Assembly (NCBI GenBank): GCA_001599295.1
Contig: BCGN01000004.1
Coordinates: forward strand, 1,489,676-1,553,675
From: Sporopachydermia quercuum
Taxonomy: Eukaryota
Reading direction: 5' to 3'
DNA length: 64,000 bases
Shown: positions 47,201 through 59,100 of the stretch, one piece after another
Numbering within the stretch: the stretch's first letter is position 1
Layout: every line of letters starts with the position of its first letter
Notes under the pieces: model-generated
Told to the model about the DNA's origin: nothing
Database searches by the model: none
The model's input: only the letters and a program-made list of their open reading frames with translations
Program-made: the position numbers and the translations under genes

Positions 47201-47801
47201 ATCGATATCAGAATCCAGAGTTGAATGTGCAGCAAAAGTATCCGTTTGCTTTGATAGTAAACCTTTCAGTTTCTTACTTTCAGTTTCTGTAACAACATGT
47301 TGACTGAATAGAACTGTCTTTGGAGTTGTCCTAGAAAATGTGTTGTCAAATACAATAGCAAATGTACCACCCTGTCCTTTTCCCACGGTGAATGTACCTC
47401 TAACCAGCTCGTTAGGTAAACATTTACCATGAAAGGCTACTTGTTCCAAACCTGCAGCTTCCAATCTTTCGACAGCTGATGACGTTGAGTTTGATAGAGA
47501 ATGCCCTCTTTTCCTATGCGAACCCTGTCTTGCAAGCGAATTGAAAGTCGGTAGAGAGTTTAGATCACCTGGCGCGTTGTTTCCTCTAAAACGATAAATT
47601 CCGAAATTGCTAACGAATAATCAGTTAGGATAAAGATTCAGCCCAATTAAAACTTGACATAAAAAATGCACAGTTGATTTGATCGAAATTCACTTACATT
47701 GTTTTTTTCACAGGCTTCAACTGCCATTCAATAACATTGTTATCTGGGGCATTCACCCACTTCACCAAGAAGGATTTCGCCTGAATGTCTAATGTCTCCA
47801 T
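44291..47801 (-). CDS. OSH3: Oxysterol-binding protein homolog Osh3 (GOLD-PH-FFAT-ORD); exons 47801-47698 and 47609-44291
   Basis: Exon 1 METLDIQAKSFLVKWV..QLKPVKKT; intron GTAAGT..TCCTAAC..TAG; FDNTFS (GOLD), LLKKRRKK.QG..KRFF (PH), FYDAKE (FFAT), KPFNPLLGETFE, EKVCHRP, DSRLRPD. Confidence 0.93.
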
Positions 47802-49375
47802 TCTCTGGTCTAACAGTTTTCTTTATAATAAAAGTAAGTCCGGTGTTTATTCTATCAATAGTCAATCCACTAAAAAACTGCCCCTTATCTGCTATAATAT
47901 GATATAGATTACCAATACTACTAGGCTCTGCTCAATCCAATTACTATAATAAGAGCTTCGGTATTTTCATTATCTGCTGATGATTACCATACCGAGCTAT
48001 GCAATTGTTATTTCAAACAGCTACTCAAATTCTTGAAAAGTCTTCCTGAGTTATTCCAACTGATTAACAATAGTATTTACACTTTCCTTGCGCTTTTCTC
48101 ACTAATGGCTCTATGCGAACCAAGTACGAATCGTTAGTCCCCCAAGTCAACTGGAAGATACCCTTCACATAAACAAACAATACGACTGACACTAAAGCAG
48201 AACTTTATAGCAAAAAAAGTAAAGCAACAAATATATGCTCTTCAGATAAGATATCTTTTACAGAAACGATAAGTGATAGTTATCCAATGGGATACACCTA
48301 TTTTTTGTATCAACAACGTGTTTTTAAACTGAGTTTGCTTTGATTTNCTATTTCCTATTTCCTATTCATTATTCTGCAAATGTTAGGGAGGTTGCAAGAC
48401 GATAAAGTTTGAAGTAAAGTATTGTGTTCCTGGATTTGGGAGGTAAATGTGGCTGCGGAGACGAATGGGGAAATTCTAAATAAAGATAAGTTTGGTTAGG
48501 TTTGCTAGTGAAGGCTAAGTCGAAGAGTTGGGGCAGGGACGTTTTGAGTAAAAGAAGGAAAAGATGGAGTGAATATAAAAGTAACAAAAAATGCTTAGTA
48601 TATATGGTAAAGTAGGAAATGCTGAAAAATAGTTTGTTTGAGGCTATCTGTGGAGAACTGATTTCTTGTTGATTATTGACAGGTGATATCTTTGACACTT
48701 AAATCGATGCTTGTCTTAGTGCCTGTTTCCTAAAGGGTGTGCCTGAGACGTAGTGGACGAGATGAACTAGTGGAAAGACATAAGAAACGCATAACTCTAT
48801 TTTACTTGGTCTTTTTGCTTATCTTAGTATCAAAAAGTGATTGCGGAATACATTGTTTAAAATGCAATACTCGATTCCAAAATACAATATTTCAGCTAGT
48901 TGATTCTCTATTTCGGGTTTATCACAATTCCTAACCCTTTCCCGGGCACATTAAATAGTCATAGTCAATCATATGTCCAAAAATAACTCATTTTGTCCGT
49001 TAAGAAAGAATTCACTTTCATACTTGACGTCTCCTTTCGGAAACTGATTTGATAGGAAAACTCTCAGAAGAGCAAGTTCATATTTATCACCAGACGAAGG
49101 AAAAGGAGTGTAATTGAGCAAGGTCCTTATTAAGAGATTTGAAGCTGTTATGTGCGTGCCTTATCAAACAATAGATGGAAAACTTTTCAGAGATATGAAT
49201 CAAGCATATACATACTGTCCTTTTTTTGTCAGCGTGCTGAAAAGCTAGCATCTCAACCAAGCAGCCTGCCTTCATATTCGAAACTTTGAATGCAATGCTT
49301 GAATACTCAAGATCTCCATGCATAGTATTCTATTGTTGATCAAATCTATTATAATCTTATTAATTCTGGCTCATC

Positions 49376-49885
49376 ATGGATATAAACGAAAATGAACAAG
49401 TTGTTAACAACCCTGAGCATGACCAAGACAGCGCTATTGATAACCATGATACTGAGTCTATAGACACCATAGGGCCTAGTCAGACGGTAAGAGTTACTGG
49501 GACTGAGCCACAGTCAAGTAGATATAAACACCATCAAAACTATACAATGCGATCAAGATCTAATTCCACAAGCTCATTTACGCCAGATCAAGATGTTCTT
49601 CCGATGGAATCTGTACTGATAAATTTGATTGGACCATCAATGGAAGAAACTTCATGGAAATTACAATCTGTGAATGAGGCTCAAGTCACTTTATCAGCCA
49701 CCCTAAATCAATTAGAAGACAGAATGAAAACTTATATTAAAGATACACAGCCAAATGATATACGACCGACGATCGAGAAAATATCAAGACTACGTAAAAA
49801 GCTAGCAACAATTAATTCTCGACTTGCAAACGTTGAAGCATCATTATTCAGAATATCAAACCATGTGAAGGATTCAGAAATGTGA
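49376..49885 (+). CDS. Snapin/Pallidin-family coiled-coil protein (BLOC-1 subunit, Snn1-like)
   Basis: C-terminal half LIGP....L..V.EAQ..L...L..L...I.KI..LRKKL.TIN..L..VE..L has the Snapin-like pattern. Confidence 0.65.
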   Translation: MDINENEQVVNNPEHDQDSAIDNHDTESIDTIGPSQTVRVTGTEPQSSRYKHHQNYTMRSRSNSTSSFTPDQDVLPMESVLINLIGPSMEETSWKLQSVNEAQVTLSATLNQLEDRMKTYIKDTQPNDIRPTIEKISRLRKKLATINSRLANVEASLFRISNHVKDSEM

Positions 49886-50158
49886 CCACCCTGCTATTAC
49901 CATTACCATTGATAGTTTTCTCTATCAAAAAATCTGTACATATAATAAATACTCATATATTTTTTCTTCTTCTTTTCCCTCACATCATAGTTCTATTTAT
50001 ATCCAAAACTCTCTCGAGCCAATTGAATCGTAGTCAGTGGTTCGCATCTCTATATCTTGTGAAAATTTTCCTTTAGCCACGTCAATTTCTTTCCCGTTAG
50101 ATAATGCTACAATTTTCAACACACATTTGAGATCTCCTACCGATTCAAGCCCAATTAA

Positions 50159-51163
50159 TCATAACAATCTCAACATGTGGTATGGATAACCAGAGTTTTT
50201 GATATGGAATATGTCAGTAAGCAAACTGAAGATTACAAAAATGCTGAACGAAATCAAGGCTACTGCAATCAATTGCCTGGAAGGACTATCAACTTTAGGA
50301 ACACGTCGAATAAGTAGTATCACCGAAACAGCCAGTGTACCATAGATCAAACTAATGATTTGTGTCTCAACTGCAAACTGCGTATTATGACCANGTTGAA
50401 AATAATTGACAGTTCCATCACCAAGTACCTGTGAATAGGGTGCTTGCCTGATTTGATTGAACATATAACCTGTGGTGAAAACAATACAAGAAATCATACA
50501 AACTGATGACATTAAAGATCTGGCAGATCGAGCTTTTTCCACTAATTTTTTACCAAATTTTTTACTCAAAACAACCAAAGTCAACACAACAATGGAAATT
50601 GAGACAATTCTGTCATACCTAATAGGATGATGAAGTGAGAATTTATGGCCACTGACCTGATTTATAAACACTAATAGATTGTCATCATAATTCTCAGCAA
50701 CAAATGGATATATCTCTTTTTCATATTCTCGTGATATCACACTCTCCTTAGAAGTTGTTGGGGTATATACCCAAACATGTGGCACGGTGTTCAATCCTAA
50801 TTGTCCAAAAATTTCCCTGGTGTCTTTTAGATCGGCAACTGCAAAGAAAACCTTCCGATCGGTCATATTGGGATATTCTTGATTATAAGAACGAGCAATC
50901 AGTTGATAGCTAGGTCCAAATTCAATACAAACAGCACATCCTATTCTTGGGTCCTTNGCTGTTAGGAACACTGCTACATTATAATCTTCCCGGGGTCCAC
51001 TAAGAATGTCAGCGTAGTTTTTACTGGTTAGTCTAATGATCCCGTTACCTGAAGCTGCTGCTGCTGTTTCAACCACGGCCCTGCTACAATTACCACCAGT
51101 AGCCAATAGCACCACTGTTAGGAGAGCTACTATCGAGTTACAATATAAGGACCATTTGATCAT
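50159..51163 (-). CDS. Oligosaccharyltransferase Ost3/Ost6 subunit
   Basis: Signal peptide, thioredoxin-like domain with CAVC and VPH, then GYMFNQIR..PY, QFAVETQI, 4 TM helices and K..GYPY. Position next to the YML020W-like gene suggests OST6. Confidence 0.92.
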   Translation of the reverse strand: MIKWSLYCNSIVALLTVVLLATGGNCSRAVVETAAAASGNGIIRLTSKNYADILSGPREDYNVAVFLTXKDPRIGCAVCIEFGPSYQLIARSYNQEYPNMTDRKVFFAVADLKDTREIFGQLGLNTVPHVWVYTPTTSKESVISREYEKEIYPFVAENYDDNLLVFINQVSGHKFSLHHPIRYDRIVSISIVVLTLVVLSKKFGKKLVEKARSARSLMSSVCMISCIVFTTGYMFNQIRQAPYSQVLGDGTVNYFQXGHNTQFAVETQIISLIYGTLAVSVILLIRRVPKVDSPSRQLIAVALISFSIFVIFSLLTDIFHIKNSGYPYHMLRLL

Positions 51164-51842
51164 CTTTCAAGTATTTGTTCACTCTATTCTCTCAACCAGT
51201 GCAAATATGCTTCTGACAGATTTCAAATCAGACAATTGAGAATTAGAAACACTCTATGTTCAGGAGATGTATGTAAGCAATATGAATTATATGATTAACA
51301 CGTAAATGATTGATCAATGATCAAAGATATCAGATAATTAAACACGACATGGAATTAAATATAGCCTGTAGGAGAAAGTACCTCGTGTCTCAAGTCAAAA
51401 ATAATGTCTCATTACAGGTAGTTTGAGTACCCGATAAATTACATATTTATTTAAGGATTACGTAATATAATACACCAATCTTCTCGTACAATTAATGAAT
51501 AAACAGAGNTATAATCATTATCAGCTTCTGGTTTAAGGAAAAAATAGATAGGAAACGATAGACGTTCAGATAATTTTTTGGATGAGTTCTTCTTTCTATA
51601 AAGAACAAAAACTTGCCAAAAACTTTGCAAAAAGTGAAATAAATCAGGTTTTAATATATGTGGTGAGGCCTTAACGATGCAAATGTCATATTTATTATAG
51701 TAAACAAAAAATCTTGTGATGGACTCATGACACTTATATATTTTTCTATGTGNTATCAATAATGCTATTTATATAATGCTGCTAAAAGTCTTTACTGACA
51801 TCCTCTCAATATTACCACCACTACAAACCCCGTATTTCATTT

Positions 51843-54800
51843 TCAAAATTTAGACTGAATTACCAAATCATCTACCGCACTCAACCGATATTTAATATCT
51901 TTCAAAGGTTTTGAGTCTGGATTCCATGCCCGGAATTCCGCCAGAACTTTCTTCAAATCTTCTTTAATCCGTTTATTCAAACCAGCTTCATACAGCAATC
52001 CTCTCATACTCCATGGCAAATGGAAAGGATTAGCATTGACATCACGAACAAAAAAAGGAAGATGAATCAATGGTACATCTGNACCAACATCAGATGTCTC
52101 CAACGCGTTGCTAATACCTAACCGATAAACCTCTAGTTCATTATAGATCTTAGAATGTCCACCACCAGTTAAAGTGCCAGCTAAGGCTGGACTCAGTTCA
52201 CTAATAACCCCATGATCAGACCTTCCCATATTTCTTAAAGTAAGACATAAGTCAATAAGACTTGTAACAAAATCAGGTGAGAAAGAACTACCATCAACAA
52301 AAGCTGCCCTATATATACACGGATGCGATACATGGAGACAAGTGGATGAGTATAATGGTACCAGTTGATCATTAGTAGAGCCAATGAATGTCAGCTTAAC
52401 GTTCTGAGAAACAACAATTCGTAAACTGTCTAGATACTTTCTGCTCTGAATAGAGTTTTCATTCTGAAATTGAAATAATTCCATCATACTTTCATTCTCA
52501 ATAGTTGACAGAGCTTTCAGAACCAATTTTTGATCTAAACCNAAAAATGGTCCTAATGAGATACCGGCCATTCCAATCATGCCAATTTTCTTTCCCTCAA
52601 CATAACCTTCTTCTATAAGCTTTGCAATGACATGAACTGCCACAGGAGTACCCTGAGAATGAGCTGCTACGAATATAAAGTCTGCTTGTTGAATATGTTC
52701 TATCCAATTCTTCAGTAAAGCAAATAATGTTTCGACTCTGTCAAAAACTTTTCCTTCACCTTCTAGGGCAATTTTCTCAATTTCAATACTCATTTTATTA
52801 TTTTCTGCCCATTGTTGCAGAGCTATTGCTGCATTATTTGCAAACCTAACCGATGTTCCTGTGGGTTCACCTATTAGCGATCTAACCATTTTTATGGGGA
52901 AAAATCCATGGATTCCTATAACAACAGCCTTTTTAATCCTTGACGATGGGGCAGTACGGAATAAATGCCTACCTACTTGATTTCTAATACTCATTTCTTC
53001 TTCTGACGATAAAATAGTAAATAATTTCTGTTTCAAGGATGATTTGATAGCTTGTGCTGATGAATAAAGAGGATAACATTTTTCTCTGCTAGGGATAACC
53101 ATATTGGGTTTTTTATACTGCTGCTTATGTTTCTGTGAGCTATCACGTTCTTTACTATTAACGTCTTTAGCTTTTGGTCTACCGCTGTTTTTATCCGACG
53201 CGCTACTATTTCTCTCATTGTTTATAGAAGGGCTCATAGGTCTCAACATCTGTTCCTGAGTCTCTTGCGGATTAACGGGTAAGGGCCCATGTGTTTTAGT
53301 TGGTTTATCTTCGGAAGAGGTACCGGAAACAGCCAGTTCACCATCGGTCATCGTATTGCCAGAGACGGATACTCTTGACCAAAAAGCCCATGATCCAGTA
53401 GTACCTTCACTGAGTTTCCTTGCAGATTTTGAAACATCTGTATTATCTGAGTCATTACTGGTTTTGATAGATTCTTGTTGATTTGAGTCTTTAGATGAAA
53501 GTTCAGCATTCGTAGATGTATTATTCCCATTTGGATCTTTAAGATTGTTACTACTGTAATTAGATTCCTGTGGAGCTCGTTTGATTTCAGAAATACTTGA
53601 TACTGATCCTCTACCACCCCAAAACCAGCTTTTAGACGGCTTTCTTTCAGATAAAGATTCACTAGTGTCATTAATCACAGAGCTTGGGTATTCAGAATCA
53701 GCATTAGATGTAGCTGATTCTTTCTGGGCTACATCATTCTCAGCAGACATATGATGGTCAGAGATGGAAACAGCTTGCGAGTTGGAACGGGATCTTTCAC
53801 CTTTCCCAATCCAACCTATCCAACTTCCTCTTGAAGATCGGTTTCTTTGAGAACTAGTGATATTAGCAGAGGATTCTCCTTCAGCTGAAGGGTAAGTATT
53901 GGAACTGCTTACGTTATTCTTAGTTGTATCTTCTNTTCCTGGTGATTTGGTTGCAGAGACATTTTGTTGCTCATCTGAATACTTTGATGTTTTGGCCTTT
54001 TTACTAGATGGTGCAGCATCTGTTCTTTGGTTCACTAATTCTTCTGAAGTTGTCGTAACAGGGTCAACTTGTTTGGCAGTTCCAGAAGGTACGCTCTCTG
54101 CAGCACTGAAAGGCCACCATAAAGAACCTCTTCGTGGCTGTGAATTGCTCTGTTGAGTTTCAGTTGGTTTCTGATTAGAAGCGTCTTTCGATGAATTAGA
54201 TATATTATCCTTGGTGTTTAATTGATGAGGATCAACAGAATCGTCCATATTATCAATAGGTTGAATGGAATTTGGGGAAACCGAAGATGATAATTTACTT
54301 TTGACTTGATGATGAAAATTCGGATTAGTAAAGCATTTAGTGAAACCTTCAATAGGTCTACTATCAGAATTACTCTGTTTCCCAGTGAGTTGAACCTGTT
54401 GGCTGATACTATTACTATTGCTATTGAGATTGTCACTATTATAGGCAATGGTAATACAAGAATCTTTACTCTTCCTCCAAGGAGCTGCTAAAGAACTTAA
54501 AGAAAGAGTGGATTTTGACTTTGATAAAGCATCCTCTTTTTCAAGACCAGATACAGATTTGCTATTGTTTGCCTTCAAAATTGCAATAGATGTCTCACCA
54601 GGGCCATTATCCTCTTTGTTGTCATCACCGGACTTATCTTCAAAATCTTTAAAACCTGCTCCATTCTCTACCTCGACCATTTTCTTCAAGCTGTTGAGAG
54701 AAGACGTCTGATTAGAAGATTCATCATTCGTTATTATATGAGGATTAGATACCACTGTTTGAGGAGCAACCGTACTACTATCTTTAGACGCTCTTGAATG

Positions 54801-54911
54801 TACTGACTTTGCTGAATAAATTGAAGCAGCTGAGCTTTCGATGTTTTGGGCCAACAGCAGATTTGGGCTGATATTTCTTGGAGAATTTGTAGATATGTTT
54901 GGTTTCCCCAT
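51843..54911 (-). CDS. YML020W-like uncharacterised protein (disordered N-terminus, alpha/beta-hydrolase-like C-terminus)
   Basis: First ATG at 54911. AVVIGIHGFFP..GEPTGTS.RFA, IALEGEG, AHSQGTPV, DQLVPLYSS, GGGHS, NPFHLPWSMRGL. Confidence 0.85.
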   Translation of the reverse strand: MGKPNISTNSPRNISPNLLLAQNIESSAASIYSAKSVHSRASKDSSTVAPQTVVSNPHIITNDESSNQTSSLNSLKKMVEVENGAGFKDFEDKSGDDNKEDNGPGETSIAILKANNSKSVSGLEKEDALSKSKSTLSLSSLAAPWRKSKDSCITIAYNSDNLNSNSNSISQQVQLTGKQSNSDSRPIEGFTKCFTNPNFHHQVKSKLSSSVSPNSIQPIDNMDDSVDPHQLNTKDNISNSSKDASNQKPTETQQSNSQPRRGSLWWPFSAAESVPSGTAKQVDPVTTTSEELVNQRTDAAPSSKKAKTSKYSDEQQNVSATKSPGXEDTTKNNVSSSNTYPSAEGESSANITSSQRNRSSRGSWIGWIGKGERSRSNSQAVSISDHHMSAENDVAQKESATSNADSEYPSSVINDTSESLSERKPSKSWFWGGRGSVSSISEIKRAPQESNYSSNNLKDPNGNNTSTNAELSSKDSNQQESIKTSNDSDNTDVSKSARKLSEGTTGSWAFWSRVSVSGNTMTDGELAVSGTSSEDKPTKTHGPLPVNPQETQEQMLRPMSPSINNERNSSASDKNSGRPKAKDVNSKERDSSQKHKQQYKKPNMVIPSREKCYPLYSSAQAIKSSLKQKLFTILSSEEEMSIRNQVGRHLFRTAPSSRIKKAVVIGIHGFFPIKMVRSLIGEPTGTSVRFANNAAIALQQWAENNKMSIEIEKIALEGEGKVFDRVETLFALLKNWIEHIQQADFIFVAAHSQGTPVAVHVIAKLIEEGYVEGKKIGMIGMAGISLGPFXGLDQKLVLKALSTIENESMMELFQFQNENSIQSRKYLDSLRIVVSQNVKLTFIGSTNDQLVPLYSSTCLHVSHPCIYRAAFVDGSSFSPDFVTSLIDLCLTLRNMGRSDHGVISELSPALAGTLTGGGHSKIYNELEVYRLGISNALETSDVGXDVPLIHLPFFVRDVNANPFHLPWSMRGLLYEAGLNKRIKEDLKKVLAEFRAWNPDSKPLKDIKYRLSAVDDLVIQSKF

Positions 54912-56110
54912 GTCAAGTATCCGTAGTTTTGAAGCGGATAAATGGAAGGTAGATTTTTGATTCTCCTCTGTAAAACAGATAGTTAGGTTCGGACTCTTGC
55001 AATTAAAAAACGGCGAAGTGCCCAAGCTTCTACATACAGCTATAATACAATACCAACAACGGTTGATGGGTTATACAGTTCAACTATTTTCTGTTTTGAT
55101 TCTTAATGTGGCTGTTGCTTTTGCTACTGATGATCTACTTATGACGTAAACAACACAAAGCCTATCAAACATACGTCCAGTATTCCAAGAATCACACAGG
55201 TTGGCACTCAAGCAAACAGTTATGAACATGCACATTCAACAGTTTAATCCAATTTGTCAATATTAATTGTTATATAGTTACGACAGGTTCTTCCTTCTCC
55301 CTATATCAATTCTATCTCATCTGTTGGATAGATGAACACAATAGAAATATTGCAGTTAACTACAATTTGTCAATTTATGGTTTCTGCTGATAAGGAAATG
55401 AGAGATGAAGAGGGGTTTAGGAGAGACTGATTTGGAAGCTTGTATGCGATACCTGGAGGTAGAGGAGAAGAGAAGGATGTAGTGTTACTATCACTATATT
55501 AGAGTTAAAGCGTCTGGTGGGGAAAAAATATTTGTTCTCAATTGCTTTTGTTTTTAGTTATTAACTTATCTTGTATTTCTTCCTTTCACTACTATTTACA
55601 TTTATTCTGAATCAAGTCTCACCTCACCATTCGCCAATATCAGTCTATAGCTTATCTCACTGAATCAAGCAGTTACCTGTTATTGGACTAAATTTATGTC
55701 TCATTGAGCCCGCCGCGTTGGGGTTTTTGATTTTTTCGTGTTTGAGACATGTTTGGCGAGATCAATATAAACATCTGTGACTAAAAAAGATCCATTTACT
55801 CAGTTTATTATTCGAAATATGTTCAATTTAATTAAACTATAATGACTACGTTCTCTGGAATTTAATTGTGATAAATCGTTGTGTTCTTTCATGTTTTAGA
55901 AGTACCGCTATGCTATTATCTATACATATACTAGGTAGCTAGATCTGAAATCAACTAAATCTCAGACCATATCCATACAACTCGCGTTAAGAACACTCTT
56001 TGTTTTTCATACTAGGAAAACTTTATCACCATTTTATTTCTCACAATATCTCTGATATGCTATTCTAAAACACTGAATTTGAATAGACACGAATATCGAA
56101 TATTTCTCAA

Positions 56111-59100
56111 ATGTTTGCCAGTAGCTCACCAGAACGGACACGTCGAACCAAACGGAGTCAACAAACAAACACGTCAGAAGACAATGCACAGAGCATCCAA
56201 CTTACAACAGCTCCTATTCTAAGACACAACAATAATGATAATCATGTGTCGACAGTGGGAAGACTAAGGTCTCCAGTTAGAAATACCATTTCTAATCAAC
56301 ATAAATTTTTCAGCCAACAGTTTGGAGCTGACACTACAAATGAAATGTCTTCGAACTATGATTCTAGCTCAAGTATCAACGAGACGATGAGGAAAGCAAG
56401 GAATCAGTTTTCAGATTTAAAAACACCACCGAAAGTGCCATCTGATATGGAAAAGCCAGTTTTACCTCATAATAGGCTTCCTGTATACCCGATTCAGAAT
56501 AGAATTCCGTTAGACATGGAAAGTAGTCCACCAGGAGATAAAACCGATGAAAATCATACCGAACTGAGCAGCTCTGCTTCAATGAATTTTTCAACTCTAG
56601 AGATGAACTATAACGATCTTAGAAAACGGAAAACTGATACGGTGTTAACACCAAACTTGAAACAATTTGTTGAACAGAAACGAATTCAGAGAGAGCTAAC
56701 AGAGATCAATTTGCAAGAAAGTCCATTAAGAGGAAAGACTTCCAGCCGAAATACGACAGGAGATGGTATTTCCACCATAGAGAAAGTAGCATCAAAATCA
56801 CATAGTAACACACAGGATACAGAAATTTATGCCAATGGTGATAAAAACTCTAACTTGGTTCAACATAGCGATAGTCATTCGAAGCCGGCTCATTATAACC
56901 ATGAATCAGCTGTTGGTCGTAANTCCGTTACGCCAGAACCGAAAAATACGAGTAAAGGAAGTTACAGTTCAACTGATGATAGCGCAGACGTTGATGATGC
57001 AACGATTGATCATTCGTCAGATGAAAGTGATGACGAAAGTATAAATCAAGAAACCAAGGAATCAGAGATGCTCTCAAACTATACAAATGATGCTATTACT
57101 ACTGACTCTGACGTATCAATACATTCACCTAGCAATAGTCTAGCTAATGACCAAGAAATAAAGAAGGCGGAAAATCAAGACACGAACAGAGTTGTTTACT
57201 GGACTATGTATTGTTTCTTCAAAGTGGNAAAAAGTATCAACAGCTTTTTTCATGCTGTACGGGACCTGAACCTGAATTTACTAGGAATATCTTTGCTTAT
57301 GGGTATTATCTCCTTCTTGATCATAGCGTTTGCGTTTGTAATATTCAAATATGCACCTACGCTACTTCTGTTCATCAGTCAGACACTTTCTGCATTAGCA
57401 AAGCTTATATTTAGCAAGAGCGCCAGCAATAATACTATCAAACCAATAGTTTCCCCGGAAACTTTTGATGAAGTATCTTCAAGGCTTATATTTCTAGAAT
57501 CTCAACTGCTTAAAGTACAGCATGATCTGAAGACTTTGAGCGAGTCAACAGGTAATTTCCAAAACTATCAAACAGATAAAAACTTTCAGATCTCAAGAGA
57601 CTATGAAGCAATAATAGAAAACATGAAGCAGCTCTATGAAGAAGTAAACGCAGTTGATGCAAAGCACACACAGAAGATTGAAGAACTGAATCAACAATTT
57701 GTAATGTCTTTTGTTCAAGTAAACAAAGAGTTGGATTCGTTCAAACAAACAATTGCAACTAAGATGGAAAATGTTGTAACAAAGAATATGCTTGAAGAAG
57801 ACAAAGATAAGATGTACAAACATATTTTCACAGTAAGTGATAGAATTGATAAGGTAGCAGACACAGTGAAGCAAGTAAATGAAGCTGTCAGTGAAGAAAA
57901 GTTGAAACTATTAGTATTGAAAGAGCTCGAGGACAAACTTCCTCAATATATCGCATTAGATAACCTGACGTCAACTGGTGATTTCAACGATTTAGAAAGC
58001 ATTCCTCAATCATTTTGGGACTATTTAACTTCTGTTGTTAGAAGAACCATCAATGCCAACGAATCCAATGCCTTTATGACTATTGAATCAAGGATCACGA
58101 AATATAGCCAGAGTGTGAAACAGATTAATGAACGAATATTGAAAGTGGAGTCTGAGCAAGAAAAGTTAGTTGAGCAAACTGACTGTCTAGTACAGGAGAT
58201 CAACAGGAAAGAAAAGAATGAGTCTCTAGAAGATACGAAAAAGGCTCTACAGTTAAGCTTGTCTTGGGAAACATTTCTCAGAGATAATCACCAAAGACTG
58301 AGCGAGTTTGTTACTAACAGGATTAGGGAAGCTGAGCTTTCCGATTACAAGGAAAACGGTAATCAAAACGAGAACGGTAAAAGACCAGCCAGTGACTCTG
58401 AAATGATTTTATCTAGACCAGAATTTCTTGATCTTCTAGCAGAAAAGATGTCAAAGATTAGCACAGATCTTCACGTTCAACTAATTACTCTAAGAAAAGA
58501 TTATAACAGTTACATTACTAGTATGATCAGCGAAGCCAAGAGTGACCTTTCTCGGTCGTTGATTGAGGAAACTGATAATATAAAAGCTCACTTGCAAGGA
58601 AATCTATTTGATTTGGTTGAATCTAAGCTGTTCGATGTCAGTCATATTTTACCTCATTTGGTGATTGATGATGGACTGTCGTTGTTTATCAATTCATTGA
58701 TCAAACAAGCAATCGATCAGAAACTTGATTTGCTTGAAGATTCTCAAGTTAATTTTGCCAGTGTTTATTCTGGTTGTAGTTTGCTTCCTGACTTGACATC
58801 GGCAACATTCTCTCCTTATAATCATGTATCAATACCAGCTAAAATTCTGCACAAAGTTTATAAAAAGGTGTTGAAAGCTGTGCATTTATCAGATGACACT
58901 GATTTAAACGCTCTCAATGTGCTGNAACACTCAGATTTATTGAGTAGCACCACCGACCAGTCAATGAAATCGGTATTAGGTTGGTTATCAGAACATCCAG
59001 CACAAGTAGGACTCAAGCTTGCGTTTCCGATTGAACCTAGAATTGTTGTTCTTGAGACCAAGCTTATCAACGATGATTTGTTGAACCAGGCTTTGCCGAA

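Noticed and set aside
48369..49323. Small ORFs in the OSH3-Snapin intergenic region
   Set aside because: Mostly non-ATG starts, compositionally biased, and no recognisable motifs.
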